From: Octopus bimaculoides
Lineage: Eukaryota
Reading direction: 5' to 3'
NCBI RefSeq assembly: GCF_001194135.2
Contig: NC_068994.1
Coordinates: forward strand, 29,110,143-29,174,142
Length of the DNA stretch: 64,000 nucleotides
Shown here: positions 49,968-63,850 of the stretch, piece after piece
How positions within the stretch are numbered: position 1 is the first letter of the stretch
How the letters are laid out: the number at the start of each line of letters is the position of its first letter
The notes under the pieces: generated by a model
What the model saw: the letters and a program-made list of their open reading frames with translations, nothing else
What the model was told of the DNA's origin: nothing
Databases searched by the model: none
Program-made: the position numbers and the translations under genes

Positions 49968-50431
49968 CATCATCATTAGCATCATTAGCATCGCCCCCAC
50001 CAAAAACCCACCACTACCACCACCACCACCACCATCATAATCATCATTCTTACCACAAGCATCATCAAGCTCATTATATAATAAAATTAANNNNNNNNNN
50101 NNNNNNNNNNNNNNNNNNNNNNNNNNNNNNNNNNNNNNNNNNNNNNNNNNNNNNNNNNNNNNNNNNNNNNNNNNNNNNNNNNNNNNNNNNNNNNNNNNNN
50201 NNNNNNNNNNNNNNNNNNNNNNNNNNNNNNNNNNNNNNNNNNNNNNNNNNNNNNNNNNNNNNNNNNNNNNNNNNNNNNNNNNNNNNNNNNNNNNNNNNNN
50301 NNNACCACCACCAACAACAGCAACAACTACAACACCGGTATTTATTCTGTATGAGCAGTAGTAATTATTAAACCTCCATTGCCATCATGATCATAATCAT
50401 AATCATCATCGTCGTCATCATCATCACCATC

Positions 50432-50463
<32 letters not shown>

Positions 50464-52697
50464 CATCATCATTAGCATCATTAGCATCGCCCCCACCAAA
50501 AACCCACCACTACCACCACCACCACCACCATCATAATCATCATTCTTACCACAAGCATCATCAAGCTCATTATATAATAAAATTAATGACATTCCAAAGG
50601 CTGGTGCAGTTTGAATGGGAAATGATGCTCCACCCACCATATTCACCGGACATTGCCCCATCTGATTATCATTTATTCCGCAATCTTCAAAATCATTTGG
50701 ACGGAAAAAATATGAATTCTGTAGACAACGTCAGAACAGTAGAAGAGGAGTATTTTCCGTCATGGACATGTGAATTTTGGAAGAGGGGCCTTGCAAGTCT
50801 ACCAGACAGATGGAAGAGTATTGTAGAAAATGAAGGGGAGTATATTTTAGATTAAAAAAGAATTTTATCTTAATTTTGAAAAATAAAAATATAAAAAAAC
50901 TACATTAATTATGGGATGCCCCAATGTAAAGGCAACGAAATAAACTATTTTTGGCACAAATATCTTTTACTACTAAAATAATCTTGGAAACAAAGTCGGG
51001 TCCACCATTTTTTAGGTTATTTTCAGGCAATATATCAATTTGCTTCCAATGTTTCACTTTTGTCCAATGTTTTACACATGCATAGAATTCTAAACAGACA
51101 TTTATGAAAATGTACGCATAAATATTGTATTAAAATAAGCCACAGCCAAAAAAATTTCATTAAAAGACATCCATTTATCTATGTTATGAGGTAGTACAGT
51201 CACTCACTCTCTCACATGCACACACACATACATACAAAAAAGATGTATGCAAATGTATTTATGTATGTGTATAGGAAAGATGTGTGCGTGAGAGAGAGAT
51301 AGAGATAGAGAGAGAGGGAGAGCAAGTGAGTGCTACTTATACATACATGCAAAAAGATACATACAACACACACCTTCACTCACTCATTCTCTCTCTCACA
51401 CACATGCAAACACACATGTCCATTTCATATACATGTACATACATCTTTCACTTTCTCCTCTCTTTAACTTTCTGCTCTCACTTCAAAGCGAATGATGGCT
51501 TTTCACTTTCTCCTCTCTTTCAATTTCTGCTCTCTTCAAAGCATAAAGAAATAAAATATTTTTGTGGAAAATAACAATCATATGATCCCATATAATCAAC
51601 CATATGATTGAGATGACAACTTTGCTTCTTTAAACGAAAATTCCCTTAAAATAACTTCCTTTGGCACACACACACACACACACTCTAGGTAAAACTTCTG
51701 TNNNNNNNNNNNNNNNNNNNNNNNNNNNNNNNNNNNNNNNNNNNNNNNNNNNNNNNNNNNNNNNNNNNNNNNNNNNNNNNNNNNNNNNNNNNNNNNNNNN
51801 NNNNNNNNNNNNNNNNNNNNNNNNNNNNNNNNNNNNNNNNNNNNNNNNNNNNNNNNNNNNNNNNNNNNNNNNNNNNNNNNNNNNNNNNNNNNNNNNNNNN
51901 NNNNNNNNNNNNNNNNNNNNNNNNNNNNNNNNNNNNNNNNNNNNNNNNNNNNNNNNNNNNNNNNNNNNNNNNNNNNNNNNNNNNNNNNNNNNNNNNNNNN
52001 NNNNNNNNNNNNNNNNNNNNNNNNNNNNNNNNNNNNNNNNNNNNNNNNNNNNNNNNNNNNNNNNNNNNNNNNNNNNNNNNNNNNNNNNNNNNNNNNNNNN
52101 NNNNNNNNNNNNNNNNNNNNNNNNNNNNNNNNNNNNNNNNNNNNNNNNNNNNNNNNNNNNNNNNNNNNNNNNNNNNNNNNNNNNNNNNNNNNNNNNNNNN
52201 NNNNNNNNNNNNNNNNNNNNNNNNNNNNNNNNNNAGGTGATGGGTGGGTGAGGTGGGGGAAGAGGCATTGTTTCTTTAAGAAAAATTAAACTTTAAAACA
52301 ATATATGTATTTCCCAGATTCATAATCTCTGTATTTTTTCATGTGGATAAGAAAATTAAAAAAATTTAAAAAAGTTATAAATTAAGAAATTGCAGTGGGG
52401 ATGGGGGAAACAAAAATTTTTAAAAGGGGATTTCTCTGCAAAATTGTATTAACCCCCTTTTATACGATGAAACAATACATAGTTTGTGATCCTTCTTAAG
52501 AACAGAAAGCACTTACATGCAAACCCATGTAAATTGTACCCTCCCCACTTTACTTTTAAACAAACAATAACTTCCATTACACCAGTAATCCAGTTCCCTA
52601 TATATCCGTTGTGCTGATTCTGCCCATAAAAAAGGAACAAATAATACAATGTTGCTGTAGGTCATAACGCCCAGGCAACGCCAGGAAGGATTGCTAG
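48397..52697 (+). mobile_element. Non-autonomous Helitron-derived unit 2
   Basis: Begins TCTATCTATAT, is colinear with unit 1 from ~48537, and ends CCCAGGCAACGCCAGG...CTAG|T (52694-52698). Confidence 0.65.
48745..50925 (+). mobile_element. Mariner (Mos1/Hsmar1-like) inserted in Helitron unit 2, broken by gaps and a probable mis-assembly
   Basis: EHIRHILLYEFHKG...WFQKFQAGNYSLEDEPRS (48843-49145) and HPPYSPDIAPSDYHLF...GEYILD (50586-50855); 3' TIR-like ...TTATGGGATGCCCCAAT. Confidence 0.85.
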
Positions 52698-52812
52698 TAT
52701 ATGTCTATATATATATATATATATAGTTCACATTTACAGAAAACAAAAGACGAAGACAGGTGTAGGAACAACAAACAAGTGTATTAGTTTGATGCTTGGG
52801 AACAATGGACAA

Positions 52813-52852
52813 ACCTTTTATGTTTCGAGCCTATGCTCTTCGACAGAAAGGT
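52813..52852 (-). ncRNA. Hammerhead motif, family H2 (two point defects)
   Basis: ACCTTT-CTGTCGA-A-GAGC-ATAG-GCTC-GAAAC-ATA-AAAGGT; perfect 6-bp stem I and 4-bp stem II. Confidence 0.65.
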
Positions 52853-53799
52853 AAAGACGAAAAAAAAGGAGGGAGAATGGATGGTCCTGTAGGCGTCTTC
52901 AAAGAGGGCTGTTGCCTGGAGGACAATGAGATGCCATGCTTCATGGTCAGCAGCAAGAACAGACCACTGGTAGTGATCAATGTGGCAGCTGCTGAGGGAT
53001 TTTCTTAGGGAGTCCTTGTACCTCTTCGCTGGTACTTGTCTATCACAGTAACCAGAACAAAATGTATGTGTGTGTGTGTATATTTATATATATACACACA
53101 CACATATATATGTACATACATATACACACACACACACACAAGGGACTTCCATAAGTGTCTATCTAATAAATTCACCCACAAGGCATTGGCTGGCTCGAGG
53201 CTATTGTAGAAGACACATGCCCAAGGTGCTGCATAGTAGGACTGAACCTGAAACTATATGGTTACAAAGTGAGCTATGCTGGATGCTGGCGTAAACTGTC
53301 ACTCATTTCCTTGGTTACCTGACACTTTGTTAACTTCACTGAATTTTCAAAAATAAGCAAATAAATAAATACATTGGTGCAGGTGTGACTCTGTGGCAAG
53401 AAGTTTGTTGACTGAACCTAAAACTATACGGTTGGGAAGCAAGCTTTTTACTACACAGCTACGTCTGTGCCTAGTATGCTTTTGCTAATTGTTTTTAGTA
53501 CCTATGTAATAACCAAAAGGAGAGAGGGTTGCACAAGCTCTTGGCAGGTATTCATTTCCAGTTGAGTAGACTGGAGCCATGAGAAATGAAGTGCCTTGCT
53601 CAAGGACAAAATAAACTGCTCAGTCCAGAAATCAAACTTACAACTTTATGATTGTGAACTCAACACCCTAACCACTAGGCCAGTCAACAATCCATCAAAG
53701 TTCAAGCGAAATGTTAATGGCATAGATTTCCCTTGTCTGGAAGGATGTATAAAAGCCATAGATTCTGTTTCTGATCTGATGACTTTTCCTTCTTTGTAG

Positions 53800-54650
53800 A
53801 CTCTTACATAACAATAGCCTCATTCTTGTAGCAGTCCTCTACTAACTCTTGTTAGTTGGTTTTCTTCATGTCTTGAGGCTCCTCTGTCCTTTCCTCCAAG
53901 GACACTGTTAAATCCAGAAGGACTAATTTCATTGTTGCCTTGGAAACCAAGATGATATATGATTTCAGGAAGGTCTTTGTGATGTGTGCTGGAAACTTTA
54001 GCCATTTCTCCAGATCACTTCCATCACCCAGTCCCATGTAATGGAAAGTGATCACATGAGATGTTCTCGGGTATTTTCATTGGCTGCTCTCCATCTTTGA
54101 TAAAAGCTATACTTCTGGCTGTAGTGCTACCATTTTTTGCTGTTGCTGGTCTCCTTGCTGATTGCATCAGGGATGTTCTTGGGGACCCGATAATGTCTCC
54201 AGCGATAGTATCCTTTACTAAGTACCTTGGAGCAGTTGTATAAGTTGTGCTCAATGCTCCTGGTCTTAGAAAACAGGGGTCATGCAAGGGTTTTCACTGA
54301 GCTCTCTGTAAGTAGTTTAGATGGACTTAGGAGGACATAATAGACTCTGGATCAAGAAATTGGTTTTCTGTGGGTTCCTGTTACAAATATCCTTCCATAG
54401 GTAACATTCCATTCCATTGCCTGCTCCACCATTTCTGCATTGCCACTGCTCTTATTGCTTGTGCTTTCCCTACTCATGCTTGTATCTCCTCCTGCACTGG
54501 CTTCCACCTCTCCTTCCTGCTAGCTGCATCATACTGGATTGCAGTTGAGTTTCTGAATTCAGTCCAGCCCTGTGTCACTTTCCTAAGGAGGGCTTTGTGT
54601 TTCAGGTGTCTCACTGCCTGCTGGACTACCTTAGCTGTTACCCACTAACT
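53800..54650 (-). mobile_element. RLE-type non-LTR retrotransposon 3' part (HERO/NeSL/R4-like)
   Basis: AKVVQQAVRHLKHKALL..VTQG, GYYRWRHYRV, WDWVMEVDLEKWLKFP..I, LVLLDLTVSLEERTEE; resembles the CCHC-RLE C-terminal region. Confidence 0.7.
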
Positions 54651-56712
54651 TCCTGTTCTCACAGCAATCCATGCACAAGATCAGTAGAACACCACCAGTT
54701 CCAGTGGTGTTACTCTATTGATCTTTGCCAATCACTACCCTTGTCTCTGATTGAATAATGGTAGGATGTTTGTTGAAGAAAATTTAGCTGCGTCATTGAG
54801 TGTGTTGAGTAACTAGAAGCTTCCACCTTCTGACAGCTTGTCACACATTGTGTTACATTCTTGATTAAGAGTTTCAACTCTACCAGTTTTGCAAAATAAC
54901 TTCACATCATTTTTATCTAATTAAGAAATGAGTTGAATGATATTACATATATATACAGCTGCCTGCACACATGAAGATGATGGACAAAGCATATAGATAG
55001 TGGTTATAGTACAAAACCAAACCAAACTAAAACCAATTTTAACCCTTTAATATTTAAATCACCAGATTTGGCCCAAATATTCAGCCTTATTTTATGTTCA
55101 AACTCGTCAGATTCAGTCTCTCATGCATACCCAACAATGTCATTCTGAAAATGAACAATCATATCGAAATCTCAAAGCTACGAAACAATGCATGATTAAT
55201 TCAAAACAATGTGAATAAATAAGCATCAAATAACACAGTAATCTGAATGTGAAACTGTTAAAGAAAATCCATTCTGTGTTAGCTATTGGACAAAACACAA
55301 TATTGTACAAATATTTGCACTTTATTTAATTCAGAAATTTGGTGTAAGTTCCCCCTCCTGGAACTGCTGTTGATTTGATTTGAGCTCATTGAAACAAATG
55401 GTACTATATCTATGTCAAATTTCTCTGATTTCCACTTCGCATCTTTTAACTGAAACTAAGCACTGACCCATGAAAGGTTCGTTAAGTAGATAAGATCCCT
55501 AAATCTATATTGGCTAAATTTGGTCACTTGTGGAGAGGCATGTTGCTATTGAACACCAGGTCAGTCTTGACTCAGTAACCCTAGGATCAAAGGTCTTGCA
55601 GACTGACCACACTGTAGATTTGTATGTCAGGGACAATATACATTGTCCCTAATATAAAATGTAAACGTATGTTGATTGGGGTTTTTTTTTTGTAGTAAGA
55701 GGAGTGATGCGAAGATTTGGTGGTTATATTTTTTTTAGTAAGTTGGGTGTCCGTAAAAACACACGTCATTGGAAGAATACGTATTTAGGTTTATCTCGGA
55801 AAGTTACATGTATATAAACATTGTTATTTTCTAATTAAAAAGAAAAATAAGTATATGCTATTGTTAAATAATAAATTGTGTGTGTGGTAGAATCATTTGC
55901 GTGATGGAGTACGTCTGTAAACGGGTGTGAGTGTATGATGTGTATTTGATTGTGTGAATGTGGACGAATGACAAAAAATTCATAATTGAAAGTAGATACA
56001 CAGAGAGAGAGAGAGAGGGAGAAGTGTGGATGTATGAATGTCAATGAGTGTAAAGTGTGTGCGAGCGTGATAGGAGAGGGTTCGTGTGGGAAGCTGTGAT
56101 TTGGAGTTTGCATTGGGAAAAAAAAACTATAAAAGTATAATGAACAAAAATAAAAATACGGTGATCGAACATGGGAAATAACGCCCACCATATGCTGGAG
56201 AAAAATACAGAAGGGGAAAAAAGTGAAAGAGCAAGGAAGAGGAAAGAGAAGAAAAAGAAAAAAAAAACGCAAATGAAAAAGAACGACAAGAGAGAAAAGG
56301 TTAATTAGAAAATGAAAGGATGGATATATTGAAGATAGAAAGAAAGAGGAGAATGAGACAAATATAGAAGAGGAGGTATGTATGAACATAAGGAAAAAGA
56401 GAAAATTGAGGGAAAGGGAGGGGGATATAAGAAAATCGATATTACCGGTCAAATAACAGCGCAATTTATTTAGATTGTTCCCCTCCCCCTTTTCTATTGG
56501 AATATCAGGACCAATAGCTTTCTTTCAGTCGCCAGGCACAAACAAATACTTATAATTTCTTATTGCTACTATTATAGCTATTGTCATCGTTATAATTGTT
56601 ATGGTTTGTTATTATTTTGTCTATCCCTGCTATGTTTTGGAAAAGGCAAAATCATAATGTGATGTTTTGATATACGTTTCTTGAAAGGACTGCTAGGGTG
56701 ATTTTTCTACTT

Positions 56713-56758
56713 GGCCAGTTATTTGATGTTAGTTTCAACTAACATCAAATAACTGGCC
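56713..56758. repeat. Perfect 22-bp inverted repeat with a 2-nt spacer
   Basis: GGCCAGTTATTTGATGTTAGTT-TC-AACTAACATCAAATAACTGGCC. Confidence 0.95.
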
Positions 56759-56860
56759 TGACAAACGATCGGGTGTATAGCAACAGAAGGCATTTATATT
56801 TGGTTATTCTTTAACGGATAGTTGAATAGCCGTGTTCAAATGGAGTTGGGTCGGTCGGTC

Positions 56861-56900
<40 letters not shown>

Positions 56901-58189
56901 TGTATGTATGTGTATGTGTACATATAAACTTTTTTTATACTGCGTTCTTGTTTGTTTGTTTCTTTCTTTGCTGTTAGTTTGCTTGCATTCAAGATCATTT
57001 GACAAGATTCAAAAAGGCGGGGAGCCCTACTTAAACGAAACTCTGGTTACAGCATTACCACTCCAGAAGTAAATATACANNNNNNNNNNNNNNNNNNNNN
57101 NNNNNNNNNNNNNNNNNNNNNNNNNNNNNNNNNNNNNNNNNNNNNNNNNNNNNNNNNNNNNNNNNNNNNNNNNNNNNNNNNNNNNNNNNNNNNNNNNNNN
57201 NNNNNNNNNNNNNNNNNNNNNNNNNNNNNNNNNNNNNNNNNNNNNNNNNNNNNNNNNNNNNNNNNNNNNNNATCGTTCTTCTGTTTGGTATTTCATACCT
57301 AGAACTACATTAGCCATATGTCCCTCTTTTTCCCCCAGGAGAACAGGGTGTAATTCAAGGGAGGTTTCACTGTTATTCTAGCTAGTCGAGAAACCACAGA
57401 GATTCTCAAACAGTTCATAAAAAACGTGTCGATAGCAAATCTGTTATGAAGCCTTTCCACACACACACACACACACACATATTTTTACAATTTATTTCTT
57501 AACTGACCTTTTTTAAGAATCAGAAAGCACACACGCACGCACACACATACACAAGAAGCGTGTGTGTTTAACTTTTATATGACGTATTTATAGCTTAAGA
57601 CAAAAAGAAAAAGAACGTTGCCTCTTTGACAAAGAAGAAATTTGGTAATGAACCAGAATTGAAATGGTGAGAAATTCTTATTCACCTTCGGAACTAATGA
57701 AGTGGATAATTTTGCAAACGAATACTTTGGATATAATTTAAGCAGACATCTACAGAAAGGTCCAATAGAGTTGTAATCAAAACGGAACGTTTTGGGAAAA
57801 GGTTTCTTTTTTTTCTGCAAAACAATAAGATACGAGGATAAGCTAGAACGGCATCACACAGATACCATGGTGTTACGGAGGGTTTAGATCAGAAAATGAA
57901 AACATAATTAGTGATATACATAAAATATATATACATGATATGCATGTGTATAGATGTGTGTAGGTATATATATGTGTAAATAAAAAATAAAAAAAGAGGA
58001 ACAAACGACAAAAGTCAACAGACGTACACAGTAAATATATTAGAGTGACGCTTGGTGAAAGAAGTTTTAGATGGAAAAATAGGAGTGGAAATGACGTTTC
58101 GAGCATGGCTCTTCGTATACGTACATCCATACATCCATACATACACACACACACACATATATATATGAATATGTGTATGTGTGTGCATC

Positions 58190-58250
<61 letters not shown>

Positions 58251-58429
58251 AAATACATGACAGTATATACGAATGCGGAGAAAAAAAAAACTGGCATATA
58301 GTTAAATGCACAAACCATGAGGCACATATTTGAATAAGTACATACACATAGATAATTGGGTACATAATGGTGTATATACATACAAATGATGGATAGACAG
58401 GTACGTAAGATGGATGACCAGATATATCA

Positions 58430-58495
<66 letters not shown>

Positions 58496-59607
58496 TACAC
58501 ACACACATATGTATATATTGTGAGTGTGCAACAGAATAATAGTTTATAATTGATAAACTTCGTTACATATTTGAAGAGTTTTATGTATGTATCTGTTCAT
58601 TAGGGTGTGTGTGTGTATGCTTTCATAATTCTTACTCGTTGCTACACCCGTCTACTTCAGTGTATGCGAGCATACACACATACACAAATAAAACACTTAG
58701 AAACGATATACGCACATACATATGAAAACCTACAATCACGCACATAGCATACGTACACACACCCGCACATACATATGCAGAATCACACATAACACACACA
58801 CATACTCTGAGTATAAAATCAATGGGAATAAATTGCCAAAAATTCTTACGTCACACAGTAAACGTCGGCTGTTTATAACAAAGTGTCAGACTTGCAGGGA
58901 AAATAAATTTTACAGAAGGAATTAAAAAAAAAATCAACAACAACAGTTACACACACACTTGCGCGCGCGCGCAAACACTTTCTATGTGTTTGTGTGTGTG
59001 TGAATATATAAAAAGACTATACAAAAATATATCAATGAAATAAAATATAGTAACGAAAAAATGAAAATTTGATAAAAAAAAAAATTGAGGAGCTGAAAAT
59101 ATAAAAGTAAAAACTATAATAAAAATATAAAAATATTAGAGAAGAAAATAAATTAAAAATGAACAAAATAAAAAAATTCTCCCCCTCTTTTATTTCCCTA
59201 AAAACAAAAAATACCAAAAAAATCTAATAAATTAACTCCTCCTCCCTCTCCAATGTTATTTATCTTACTTTCTCTCTCGCTCTCTACACTCTCTTTCTAT
59301 TCCACGTCTCTCCCACCTCTAACTCTTTCCATCTCTTCTACAGTGTCTCCCCCATACTCTCCCTCCACTCGCTAGCCGCACCAAAGTTAATTATTCTAAA
59401 TTGATTAATGTTAAATTNNNNNNNNNNNNNNNNNNNNNNNNNNNNNNNNNNNNNNNNNNNNNNNNNNNNNNNNNNNNNNNNNNNNNNNNNNNNNNNNNNN
59501 NNNNNNNNNNNNNNNNNNNNNNNNNNNNNNNNNNNNNNNNNNNNNNNNNNNNNNNNNNNNNNNNNNNNNNNNNNNNNNNNNNNNNNNNNNNNNNNNNNNN
59601 NNNNNNN

Positions 59608-59642
<35 letters not shown>

Positions 59643-60043
59643 TATATGCACACACACATACATAACTACATATGTGTGTGTGTAGTGTATATGTATAAAC
59701 ACGTACACAGGCAGAGTCCCACATATATGGGAATAACATACGCACACAAATTTATAGGTGCGTATATGTTCACATACATACACATCACACATAAAATACA
59801 ATACACACACGTACGCATATATAGCCTTATATGCAGGGTATGTACATACGTACCTTGCATATACATAAATTGAGATACGTACATATATAAGAAATATAGG
59901 CAATTAATTTACATGTATATACATCTATATTTTTCCCTATAAAATACACATAAACGTATGTGTACGTGCATGCAGATACACGCATGTGCGCTTATTCGTC
60001 TCTGTGTGTGAGCAATAAACAACGGAAGAAAGGGTGTATGATG

Positions 60044-60101
<58 letters not shown>

Positions 60102-61843
60102 GAGAGAGAAGGAGAGAGAGGCAGACAGACAGACAGAATTTCTTAAGAATCTCTTCTTCCTCTATCGATGTTATCTTTGCTTTGTGTTGGTAAGAGAAAA
60201 TATAAAGGGGACAGCAGAAACGGACAGAATGAATGGCTGGTAGAGGCGGTATGGGGTGAGCGAGAATATAACATCAGTGGGAGAGCGCGGCCAAGAGATA
60301 TAGAGGGGGAATGAGATAGAAAAAGAGATAGAGCAATAAATAGTAAGAGGGAAATTAAAATAAATAGCATATATTTATTTTTCATAACCCACCCCTCTTT
60401 CTGTCGCTGTCTGCCATTTCGTATACATACATACTCACACAAACACACACAATGTATGTATATAGATATCTGTATGCATTTGTGCGTGCATATATGTGTA
60501 TGTTTTCACATACACCGTACACGTACATTCATACACACACACACACACAGATATGTGTGTGTTCGTGTGAGTGTATGTCCGTGCGTGTGTGCATATATGA
60601 ATATGGGTATACATAGGTATATGTGTGTGTCTATAAAATTCAGAAATGGAAGAATTCTTGAAAGAAAATATACAAAAGACAAAAAAATAATGAAAATAGC
60701 AAGAGGTGGGGGAGGAAGTAGTAAATCGCAGAGGAGGAAAGGAACGAAGACGACATAGAGAAGGAGGAGAATATGAGAGGTTAGGGTTGAGTGAGAAAGA
60801 AAATAGATAGTATAGAGGGGAAGGAGAAGGAGGTGGAGGCATAAGAACAACTAAAAAAATAAACGTGGATAGGTAAATAGATAGAAGAGGAGGAGAAGGG
60901 GTGGATGGATAAGAGATGACAGTGTGTGTTTGAATGAGTATGTAAGTGTGTGTGTGTATGGATGTGCATGTGTGGTTATATGTGTGCGTTGTGTTTACTT
61001 TAGCTGGAAATAATGAAATGAGATTTACAAGGGAAGAGAAGGGAAAAAAAAAGAAAACAAAACGGAGAGAGAGAAAGGGAGACAGAGTGAGCGCCAGAGA
61101 CAAATAGAGGGCAAGAGAAAGAGAGGGGGGAAGGAAAGGGAAGGAGTTTCATAATGAGTCTCAGGGTGACGGGGTGGGTGGACGGAATGCGAATGAGGCT
61201 TAAAAATAACAATAATTGTTGTGTCCGCCGCCGTCTTCTCCTCCACCACCACCACCATCATAATCATCATTCTTACCACAAGCATCATCAAGCTCATTAT
61301 ATAATAAAATTATNNNNNNNNNNNNNNNNNNNNNNNNNNNNNNNNNNNNNNNNNNNNNNNNNNNNNNNNNNNNNNNNNNNNNNNNNNNNNNNNNNNNNNN
61401 NNNNNNNNNNNNNNNNNNNNNNNNNNNNNNNNNNNNNNNNNNNNNNNNNNNNNNNNNNNNNNNNNNNNNNNNNNNNNNNNNNNNNNNNNNNNNNNNNNNN
61501 NNNNNNNNNNNNNNNNNNNNNNNNNNNNNNNNNNNNNNNNNNNNNNNNNNNNNNNNNNNNNNNNNNNNNNNNNNNNNNNNNNNNNNNNNNNNNNNNNNNN
61601 NNNNNNNNNNNNNNNNNNNNNNNNNNNNNNNNNNNNNNNNNNNNNNNNNNNNNNNNNNNNNNNNNNNNNNNNNNNNNNNNNNNNNNNNNNNNNNNNNNNN
61701 NNNNNNNNNNNNNNNNNNNNNNNNNNNNNNNNNNNNNNNNNNNNNNNNNNNNNNNNNNNNNNNNNNNNNNNNNNNNNNNNNNNNNNNNNNNNNNNNNNNN
61801 NNNNNNNNNNNNNNNNNNNNNNNNNNNNNNNNNNNNNNNNNNA

Positions 61844-61958
61844 ACAGCAACAACTACAACACCGGTATTTATTCTGTATGAGCAGTAGTAATTATTAAAC
61901 CTCCATTGCCATCATGATCATAATCATAATCATCATCGTCGTCATCATCATCACCATC

Positions 61959-61990
<32 letters not shown>

Positions 61991-62113
61991 CATCATCATT
62001 AGCATCATTAGCATCGCCCCCACCAAAAACCCACCACTACCACCACCACCACCACCATCATAATCATCATTCTTACCACAAGCATCATCAAGCTCATTAT
62101 ATAATAAAATTAT
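61844..62113 (+). repeat. (CAT)n/(CAC)n-rich block, identical to 49808-50090 and 50304-50585
   Basis: No differences seen by eye; all copies abut N gaps. Confidence 0.85.
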
Positions 62114-62634
62114 TGTATTTCATATCACCACCACAACTGTCACAATCTCTATCATCATCACCACCACCACCACCACAATCTTCATCATCACTACTACCAC
62201 CATCCCTATCACCCCCACCACCATTATCACCGCAATAATTATAACTAGCAGCAGCAGCAGCAGCACCACCACCACCACCACCACCACCATTATTACCATT
62301 NNNNNNNNNNNNNNNNNNNNNNNNNNNNNNNNNNNNNNNNNNNNNNNNNNNNNNNNNNNNNNNNNNNNNNNNNNNNNNNNNNNNNNNNNNNNNNNNNNNN
62401 NNNNNNNNNNNNNNNNNNNNNNNNNNNNNNNNNNNNNNNNNNNNNNNNNNNNNNNNNNNNNNNNNNNNNNNNNNNNNNNNNNNNNNNNNNNNNNNNNNNN
62501 NNNNNNNNNNNNNNNNNNNNNNNNNNNNNNNNNNNNNNATATATATATATATATACCTATATACAATTACTGTGTATGTTTGTCATTCAATAATTACTAG
62601 TACACATTAACATACATATAAATGCAGCGCAGTA

Positions 62635-62679
<45 letters not shown>

Positions 62680-62814
62680 CATGAATTCATATACACATAT
62701 ACATGGATACACACACACACACACACACATATATGCATAATTATTTACAATGTGTATGTATGTATCTATATATTTGCATATGCCTATGCAAATTTACACG
62801 CACACACACGCACG

Positions 62815-62873
<59 letters not shown>

Positions 62874-63337
62874 ATCCCCCACTCTCTCTTTATATATAAA
62901 TATGTACACACACGCACACTCACAGCAATGTACCATTCTATCCACTCCCAATTATAATAATATTCATAGAAATTTGGGATATTTCCATTTAAGGGATGTT
63001 TTGTAGGCTGTTGAAATTTCAAGGAAGTGATGGTGGGTTAGTTTTAATGATTTTTCTAGAAAGACCTGAATTCTTTTTTGTATTTATTGAATGTGTATGG
63101 GTGTATGAGTGTTCTGTGCTTGTGTGTGTACCCATACAGACATATATATATATGTGTGTGTGTGTATATATATATGTATATGTACATAAATGTGTGTATG
63201 TATGTAGCATACTTCATGTGTGCATTTATTGATTCCTACACATACATCGTTGCATAGAGTTAAATGATTGTGTGTTATTAAAATGTATGAATGTATATGT
63301 GTTTCTATACTGCTGTATATATAATTTTGTGTGTGAG

Positions 63338-63374
<37 letters not shown>

Positions 63375-63850
63375 AAACTTATAAAATTGACATACAAACT
63401 GGGCAAATTTAACTATATCTACGTAGATTGAACAACCTTGATCAATTTTTTTTTAACTGTATTCAGTTCTCATCTGAAGTGACTTCATCATTTGACCAAT
63501 TCTAGAGAAGGAAGTAGCCAACAAATCCAGTAGCTTCAGAGATCTGGAGCTACTAATTTGCATAAAGTATTTCACACTTTATTTAATATCTCTGTCTGTC
63601 TGTCTGTCAACAAAGATCTCAAAACAGTACCAAAGTATTATATAATATATCTAACTGATGTAGTAGACACAAATAAGACAAATTTAACTACTCTGCAGAC
63701 TGAAGAAAATGATGAATGACTTTAATTTATTTTCAAACCTTATTGGGTTCTAATGAGAAGTGCTCTCTCACTCTCCGTATCTCTTTCTTTCTCACTCTTT
63801 GTGATTTTTTACCTCCTTCTTTCTTTTCTTTTGAACTTTCCTATGTTTCC

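Noticed and set aside
55835-63232. Numerous long ORFs (Y/I, C/V, H/T, poly-H/M)
   Set aside because: They are translations of (TA)n, (CA)n, (GA)n and (CAT)n microsatellites and N gaps.
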